Source of the DNA: Candidatus Limnocylindria bacterium
GTDB taxonomy: Bacteria > Chloroflexota > Limnocylindria > P2-11E
Length of the DNA: 64,000 bases
Direction of reading: 5' to 3'
Assembly (NCBI GenBank): GCA_036564905.1
Contig: DATCOD010000194.1
Span: 7,240-71,239, forward strand
Shown: piece after piece, positions 58,491 through 64,000 of the stretch
Layout of the letters: each line of letters starts with the position of its first letter
Position numbering within the stretch: the stretch's first letter is position 1
Notes under the pieces: generated by a model
Seen by the model: the letters and a program-made list of their open reading frames with translations, nothing else
What the model was told of the DNA's origin: nothing
The model's database searches: none
Translations under genes and position numbers: made by a program

Positions 58491-60539
58491 CTAGATCCCG
58501 TAGCGCTCGGGCGTCCAACGCAGGCGCAGCTCGCTCGGCGGCGCCATGTATCCGAGCAACGCCGACGAGGCGACCACGGCCGGGCTCGCGAGATAGCCCT
58601 CGCCCCCGACGCCCATGCGGTTCTGCCAGTTCCGGTTGAACGACGTGATCGCGCGCTGGCCCTGCGCCAGCGCGTCGTCGCCCTGTCCGAAGCACGGGCC
58701 GCACCAGCTCATCCGGATCTCGGCACCGACCGAGCGCAGGACATCGGCGACCGACTCGCCGCCGAGGCGCGCGTCCGGCCGCTCGATCGCGTCCTTCACC
58801 GAGCCCGAGCCGGGGAAGACGACGAAATCCGTCGCCGCCTTCGTGTGGCCGGCGTCGCGCGCGCCCCGGACCACGAGGGCGGCCTGGAGCAGATCGTCGT
58901 AGCTCCCGTTCGTGCACGAGCCGATGTACGCCTTGTCGAACGCGAGGTGCTCGCTCGCAACGGCCTCCGCGGCGAACGCGTTGCCCGGCGAGAAGGGCTT
59001 CGCGATCATCGGCACGATCCCGGAAAGGTCCAGCGTCTCGTCGATCTCGTAGCGCGCGTCCCGACCGGGCCGCACGAGCGGGTAGGGGAGCGCGATGCCC
59101 ATCTTCCGGTACCAGGCGGCGGTGATCTCGTCCGCGGCGAAGATGCCGTTCTGCGCCTCGCCCTCGGCCATCATGTTCGCGATCGTGTTGCGATACGCGA
59201 TCGGCAGCTGGACGCGCTCGTCCACGAATTCGACGGACATGCCCTGCGACTGCGCGGTGCCCCAGCGCTCGAGGAGCGCCAGCACGATGTCCTTCCCGCT
59301 CACCCATGGCTGCAGGGCCCCGGTAAGCACGACGCGGCGCGCCTTCGACAGCGTCGTGAACACGTAACCGGTGGCCCAGCCGAAGCCGAGCGTCGTCGAG
59401 CCGACGCCGATGCCGACCGCGCCGTAGGCGCCGTACGCGCGCGAGTGCGAGTCCGCGCCGGCGACGAACGATCCGGGATGCACGAGCCCCTGCTCGGGGA
59501 AGTAGAAGTGGAAGATCCCGTCTCCCGGGGTCGCGTAGTACGGCGTTCGGATGCCGAACTTCTCCGCGAAGGCCTTCCCGATCGCCGTCTGCTTGTCGTC
59601 GGCCTCCTTGCGGGTGAACACGAAGTGATCGTTCGCCACCGCGATCTGCCTCGGGGCGATGGTGTCGCCGCCGGTGATCTGATTGAACGTGTGGATCGAG
59701 AACGGCGCGGTCCCGTCCGACGCCGGCAGCAGATCGGCGTACACGCGGAGCGTCGTGCCGGGCGTGACGTCGGCGTCCTTGTCGACGCGGTGCGCCCAGA
59801 TGATCCGTTCGGTCGTCGTCATCCGCCGAGCGGTCTCGTCGTCCGGCCATTCGATCTTCGGCTGCCGCCGCACCGAGTCGGCGAACTCGCGCCGGCCGAT
59901 CGTGAAGATCCCGCCCGAGCGGCGGATCTCGTCCTCCTTCGGCGTGAGCGGCTTCGGGTCGTAGGTCGTGCCCTGCGTCTCGTTCGTGAGCCTGCGGCTC
60001 GCGGGCTCGAAGCTGAACGCGTCGCCGTCCTGGGCATCGTCGACCGCGGCGGGCGATTGCACGACCTCGAGGCCGAGATTGAACGCGTTCCGGCGGAAGA
60101 TGTCGCCCATGTTGTCGCCGCACACGATCACCAGCTCGAGGCCCGCCTCCTCGGCGACGGCCTTCAGGCCGGCGGGGCTCATCTCGCGCGAGCTCCCGAT
60201 GGCGAACCGGTCGCCGGCGATCACGAACGTCTCGCCGCCGTGCACGCGCTTTCTGAAATCGGGCATCAGGAATCGGAACGAGCCGGCCTTCCAGCGCTCA
60301 TCGAGCGTATCGAGGCTCTCGGACACGCAGTCCTTGGCCGGAGTGATCTGGTCCGTGTCGATGGCGTCGAGCTTCTTCCCGGGGCGGCGCCCCGACCGAT
60401 CCCAGAAGATCAGCGACGTCCCGCGGATGCGGTGCTCTGAACGCGCGGCTTCGGGTGCGGCCGCGCGCCGCTCGATGTCCGCGGCGGTGACGCCCGGGAG
60501 GAGCTTCGCGGGCGCGATGCGATGGCGCACGTCGGTCAC
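58491..60539 (-). CDS. Aconitase-family hydro-lyase with fused LeuD-like swivel domain (N-terminal) and LeuC-like catalytic domain (C-terminal), 682 aa
   Basis: Swivel 'LDAIDTDQITPA...HGGETFVIAGDRFAIGSSREMSPAGL'; catalytic 'FVAGADSHSRAYGAYGAVGIGVGSTTLGF', 'YIGSCTNGSYDDL', 'MSWCGPCFGQGDD', 'FNRNWQNRMG'. GTG start 5 nt after the upstream stop. Confidence 0.8.
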   Translation of the reverse strand: MTDVRHRIAPAKLLPGVTAADIERRAAAPEAARSEHRIRGTSLIFWDRSGRRPGKKLDAIDTDQITPAKDCVSESLDTLDERWKAGSFRFLMPDFRKRVHGGETFVIAGDRFAIGSSREMSPAGLKAVAEEAGLELVIVCGDNMGDIFRRNAFNLGLEVVQSPAAVDDAQDGDAFSFEPASRRLTNETQGTTYDPKPLTPKEDEIRRSGGIFTIGRREFADSVRRQPKIEWPDDETARRMTTTERIIWAHRVDKDADVTPGTTLRVYADLLPASDGTAPFSIHTFNQITGGDTIAPRQIAVANDHFVFTRKEADDKQTAIGKAFAEKFGIRTPYYATPGDGIFHFYFPEQGLVHPGSFVAGADSHSRAYGAYGAVGIGVGSTTLGFGWATGYVFTTLSKARRVVLTGALQPWVSGKDIVLALLERWGTAQSQGMSVEFVDERVQLPIAYRNTIANMMAEGEAQNGIFAADEITAAWYRKMGIALPYPLVRPGRDARYEIDETLDLSGIVPMIAKPFSPGNAFAAEAVASEHLAFDKAYIGSCTNGSYDDLLQAALVVRGARDAGHTKAATDFVVFPGSGSVKDAIERPDARLGGESVADVLRSVGAEIRMSWCGPCFGQGDDALAQGQRAITSFNRNWQNRMGVGGEGYLASPAVVASSALLGYMAPPSELRLRWTPERYGI

Positions 60540-60544
60540 CGCGC

Positions 60545-61759
60545 TCAGTCTAGGTGGGCGAGCGCGCCGACCTCCTCCTCCGTGAGCAGCCGGTCCGACG
60601 CTTTCGCCGCCGCCATCACGCGATCGATCCGCGCGCGGGTCGGCTCGATGCCGCGCAGCTCGAGCCAGAACACGACGTTCGACTCGCCGCTCATCGGGCC
60701 GACCTCGATGCGCTGCTCGCGTCCCACGACGGACGCGGGGACGCCGCTGTACACGCGATCCGCGAGCGCCCGGTCCCCCATGCGGAGCGCCTTCACGACC
60801 GCGGCCGCATGCACGCCCGTCCCGGTGCGGAACGCGTCGGCACCGAGCACGGGGTAGTTCGGAGGCAATGCCGCGCCGCAGTGCTCGACCACGAGCGCGG
60901 CGTACTCGACGAGCGGCTCGAGGTCGGTCGTGATGAGCCCCCAGAGCCGGAGATTCACGAGCAGCTGGTCCATCGACGTATTGCCGACGCGCTCGCCGAT
61001 GCCGAGGGCGGTGCCGTGGACTCGATCGGCGATCGCTGTCGCGGCCAGCGCGTTGATCGTGCCGAGGCCGCGGTCGTTGTGGCCGTGGAAGTCGAGTTTC
61101 ACGTCGCGCCCCTTGATGATGTCGGCGCGGATGAAGGTCAGCAGGTTGCGCACGCCCTCGGGCGTGGCGTGGCCCACGGTGTCCGACGCGCAGATCCGTT
61201 TCGCCCCGGCGCCGATGGCGGTCTCGTACAGCGTGACGAGCGTCGACGGATCCGCGCGGGTGGTGTCCTCGGTCACGAACATGACCGGCAACCCGTTCCG
61301 GGTCGCCAGGCTGACCGACTCCTCCACCTGCTTCCGCATGGTGTCGATCGACCAGCTCTCGGCGACCCGGCGGATCGGGCTCGAGCCGATGAACGCGCAG
61401 GTCTCGATGGCCACACCTGATGCGACCGCCGCTTGGATCGCGCCGTTGATGTCGGCGGGATGCGTGCGACATGCCACGTTCGGCGTGATGCGGAGCTTCG
61501 CCGTCTCCGTCGCGAGCGCGACGATCTCCTCGCGCGCCCGCGCCGAGGCGCCGGGGAGGCCGATGTCCGCGCTCTGGATCCCGAGCTGATCCATCAGGTG
61601 GAGGAGCCGGATCTTCACGTCGAGCGGCGGATTGCGGACCGATGGGCCCTGGAGGCCGTCGCGCAGCGTCTCGTCATCGAGCTCGACGGCACGGTAATCG
61701 GCGCGCGCGGCGCGACCGTCACGGTTCCAGTCGTACACGAGGGCGTCGAGCTCGCTCAC
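60545..61759 (-). CDS. DRE-TIM metallolyase family protein (LeuA/homocitrate synthase/HMG-CoA lyase-like 2-oxoacid:acyl-CoA C-acyltransferase), 404 aa, no LeuA regulatory domain
   Basis: 'DDETLRDGLQ', 'KLDFHGHNDRGLGTINALAA', 'VHGTALGIGERVGNTSMDQL'. Confidence 0.7.
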   Translation of the reverse strand: MSELDALVYDWNRDGRAARADYRAVELDDETLRDGLQGPSVRNPPLDVKIRLLHLMDQLGIQSADIGLPGASARAREEIVALATETAKLRITPNVACRTHPADINGAIQAAVASGVAIETCAFIGSSPIRRVAESWSIDTMRKQVEESVSLATRNGLPVMFVTEDTTRADPSTLVTLYETAIGAGAKRICASDTVGHATPEGVRNLLTFIRADIIKGRDVKLDFHGHNDRGLGTINALAATAIADRVHGTALGIGERVGNTSMDQLLVNLRLWGLITTDLEPLVEYAALVVEHCGAALPPNYPVLGADAFRTGTGVHAAAVVKALRMGDRALADRVYSGVPASVVGREQRIEVGPMSGESNVVFWLELRGIEPTRARIDRVMAAAKASDRLLTEEEVGALAHLD

Positions 61760-62856
61760 CGGACCGGCCCGGCGATCGGGCGTGCCATGACCACGTGGCC
61801 GTTGTCCCAGGCGAGCAGCGCGATCTCGCGCGGATCGACGCCTACGTGGCGCGTGGCGGTGAACGTGTACGTCGTGGCGATGCCGGCGAATGTACCGCCC
61901 TCGATGCGCGCCCGCGACCGCTCGGCATCGCCGGCCGCGTCGGCGCTCGCCGCGAGCAGCGCGAGCGCATCGGTCGCGGTGGCGGCATGCGTTCCGACGG
62001 CCAGCTCCGTCGGGCGGCGCAGGCCCGGCCAGCGCACGCCCGCGGCGCTGCTGCCAAGGCGGCTCGCTTCGTTCGGGTCGGTCAGATAGGAAAGGAACAC
62101 CAGCACCGTGGTCGCCGGGTCGGCCGCCGGCACCACGCGCACCGGATCGAGGTAGGCCGCCGTCGGGCCGGTGAAGAACATGCCCGAGCTCGTGCCGAGG
62201 AATGGTCTGGACCGCTGGGCGAAGAGCTCCCGCTGATCCGGCGCCGCGCTCATCGTGAGCGGCGCGGCGCGGCCCTCCGCGCGGAACGCCCCGTCCAAGG
62301 CGACCTTCTCGCGGCCCGATGCGAGCGTGCCGCTTGTCACGACGATCCCCGGTGTGGCGGGCGTCGGGAGGGCATCGACGAGCGCCCGCGCGAGCGCGTC
62401 GGGGGTCGGCGCCAGCCCGAAGATCCAGCGCGCCGCGTCGCCGGTCGGCTCGGGGATCGGAAGCGTGAACAGCACCGGACGCCGCACGAGCGCGATCGCG
62501 CCCATGAGCGCATCGTCGAGCGTCGCGGGCACGCCGATCACGAACGCGTCGGTATCACCGGCGTCCGCGGCACGCTTCAGCTCGAGGAGCAGCTTCGCGT
62601 CGCTCCCGGCGACATCGACGATCCGCAGCTTCACCCGCGGCGACGTGCGTTGCGCGCCGCTCGATGCCCACTGCTGCATCGCGCTGCGCTGCGCGTCGCC
62701 GCGTGGCCCGCGGCTGCCCGACAGGTCGAGGAGCGCCGTGACCGCGTACGTGCCGGGCTCGCGGGTCGGCGATGGCGTCGGTGCGGCGGTCGACGGCGGT
62801 GGCGCGGCGCACGTGGCGACGAGCAGGGCGAGCCCGATGAGGCCCGCGCGCTTCAA
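61756..62856 (-). CDS. Lipoprotein, periplasmic substrate-binding protein (type I PBP / LivJ-like fold, tentative)
   Basis: Signal/lipobox 'MKRAGLIGLALLVATC' from a TTG start, then a Pro/Thr linker and an alternating beta-alpha pattern 'KLRIVDVAGSDA...AFVIGVPATLDDAL'. Family call is weak. Confidence 0.45.
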   Translation of the reverse strand: MKRAGLIGLALLVATCAAPPPSTAAPTPSPTREPGTYAVTALLDLSGSRGPRGDAQRSAMQQWASSGAQRTSPRVKLRIVDVAGSDAKLLLELKRAADAGDTDAFVIGVPATLDDALMGAIALVRRPVLFTLPIPEPTGDAARWIFGLAPTPDALARALVDALPTPATPGIVVTSGTLASGREKVALDGAFRAEGRAAPLTMSAAPDQRELFAQRSRPFLGTSSGMFFTGPTAAYLDPVRVVPAADPATTVLVFLSYLTDPNEASRLGSSAAGVRWPGLRRPTELAVGTHAATATDALALLAASADAAGDAERSRARIEGGTFAGIATTYTFTATRHVGVDPREIALLAWDNGHVVMARPIAGPVR

Positions 62857-62860
62857 CGCT

Positions 62861-63907
62861 CTACGCGCGGGTGCCGCCCGGGATGCCGTCCTTCGCGTAC
62901 ACGTGCAGAAGGAGGTCCAGGGCGCTGGGGTCGGGCGCGGCCTCGGCTTCGTCGATCGAGCGCTCGATCTCGGCCGCGATCTCCGCACGGAGCGCATCGA
63001 GCGCGGACCGCGGCACCCCCTGCGACAGGAGGTAGTCGCGACCTTTGTCGACGGGGTCCTTCGCCTGCCATTCCTTCAACGCGTCCTTTGAGCGGTAGCG
63101 CGAGTCGTCGTCGTCGGAGCTGTGCGGCTGGTAGCGGTAGCACTTGACCTCGACGATGCTCGGCCCCTCGCCGCGGCGCGCGCGGTCCGCGGCCTCCTTC
63201 GTCTTGGCGTAGACGTCGAGGACGTCCGTGCCGTCGGCGATGAGGCCGGGGATCCCGTACCCCGCGGCGCGGTCCGCGACGTTCGGCACGCTCATCTGCT
63301 TCGCGGTCGGCGTGGAGATCGCGAACAGGTTGTTCTCGATGACGAACACGACCGGGAGCTTGTGGATCGCGGCGAAGTTGACGGCCTCGTGGAAGTCGCC
63401 CGGGCTGGTGGAGCCGTCGCCGCCGTACGTGAAGACGACGCGGTCCTCCTTACGCACCTTGATCGCGAGCGCGATCCCCGCGGCCTGCGGGAACTGCGTC
63501 GCGATGCAGACCGACCCGGTGACGATGTTCGCCTCGGGCGAGCTGAACTGGTTCACGATCTGGCGCCCGCCGGAGTTCGGATCGGTCGCCTTCGCGAAGA
63601 CGCCGAGGAACTGGTCCTTCGCGGTCTGGCCGAGCACGAGCGCGACGCCGACGTCCCGGTAGTATGGATGGACCCAGTCGTGACCGCGCCGGATGAGCCA
63701 GGCGGAGCCGACCTCGGCGGCCTCGTGCCCGTCGGCCACGCCGACGAAGGCCGCGCGGCCCATCCGGTTCATCTGCATCATCCGCTCGCCGAGCATCCGG
63801 GTGAGGAGCATCGCGCGATACATCCCCTTCGCGTCGTCGAGCGTGAGGCCCAGAGCTTCATGACGCGATCGCGGCTGGGCCTTCTGTTGACCGGTCTTGA
63901 TCGCCAT
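62861..63907 (-). CDS. Thiamine-diphosphate-dependent 2-oxoacid dehydrogenase E1 component, alpha subunit
   Basis: TPP motif 'YGGDGSTSPGDFHEAVNFAAIHKLPVVFVIENN'; 'YRYQPHSSDDD'. Confidence 0.8.
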   Translation of the reverse strand: MAIKTGQQKAQPRSRHEALGLTLDDAKGMYRAMLLTRMLGERMMQMNRMGRAAFVGVADGHEAAEVGSAWLIRRGHDWVHPYYRDVGVALVLGQTAKDQFLGVFAKATDPNSGGRQIVNQFSSPEANIVTGSVCIATQFPQAAGIALAIKVRKEDRVVFTYGGDGSTSPGDFHEAVNFAAIHKLPVVFVIENNLFAISTPTAKQMSVPNVADRAAGYGIPGLIADGTDVLDVYAKTKEAADRARRGEGPSIVEVKCYRYQPHSSDDDDSRYRSKDALKEWQAKDPVDKGRDYLLSQGVPRSALDALRAEIAAEIERSIDEAEAAPDPSALDLLLHVYAKDGIPGGTRA

Positions 63908-64000
63908 CAGCGTGATGCTACCGACCGGCGGGTCACAACGGCGACGAGCAGGAGACCGTCGGCGGCCTCGACGCTCCCGCGCCGCTCGGTGAGCTCGTTG

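Overview
This is a high-GC (~70%) bacterial chromosomal window that is almost entirely coding, with most operons joined by ATGA/GTGA start-stop overlaps. No rRNA, tRNA or CRISPR is apparent. Contents, left to right:

- (1) A flavin-dependent thymidylate synthase gene (thyX) is interrupted, exactly inside its RHR-X7-S active-site motif, by a 454-aa intein. The intein carries an HNH (not LAGLIDADG) homing endonuclease plus an HTH domain.
- (2) A roughly 19-kb CoA-dependent catabolic island (8.8-27.9 kb) holds an AMP-forming CoA synthetase, a thioesterase, two acyl-CoA dehydrogenases, two crotonases, SDR and Zn alcohol dehydrogenases and a thiolase.
- At the island's centre is one operon encoding a four-subunit Bcr/Hgd-type ATP-dependent [4Fe-4S] enzyme: two HGD-D-type subunits and two BadF/BadG/BcrA/BcrD-type ATPases. 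It is followed by a crotonase with a C-terminal zinc-ribbon tail, a BadH-like SDR and a hemerythrin. It is preceded by an unusual REC-wHTH-PAS regulator and a GNAT.
- (3) A peptide/glutathione cluster contains ggt, a DmpA-type aminopeptidase and an M20 peptidase. Next to it is an ECF transporter module (S component, SDR, EcfA1A2T) divergent from panE.
- (4) A ten-gene his operon on the minus strand runs HAD-hisZ-hisG(short)-hisD-hisC-hisB-hisH-hisF-hisIE, then a leuB-like gene. It has no hisA.
- (5) A branched-chain amino-acid supercluster follows. It has two paralogous Val/Leu/Ile-rich leader-peptide attenuators. The first controls a small protein plus a PucR-family regulator. The second controls ilvB-ilvN(short)-ilvC-[small paralog]-leuA-ilvD-ilvA-leuC-leuD.
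- (6) The right end holds a divergent pair of F420-type luciferase-like oxidoreductases and an operon encoding E1-alpha, a lipoprotein-type binding protein, a LeuA/HMGL-like synthase and a fused LeuD-LeuC aconitase-family protein.

The candidates most worth follow-up are the thyX HNH intein, the Bcr/Hgd-like operon, and the tandem attenuators with the two conserved unannotated ~62-aa proteins.
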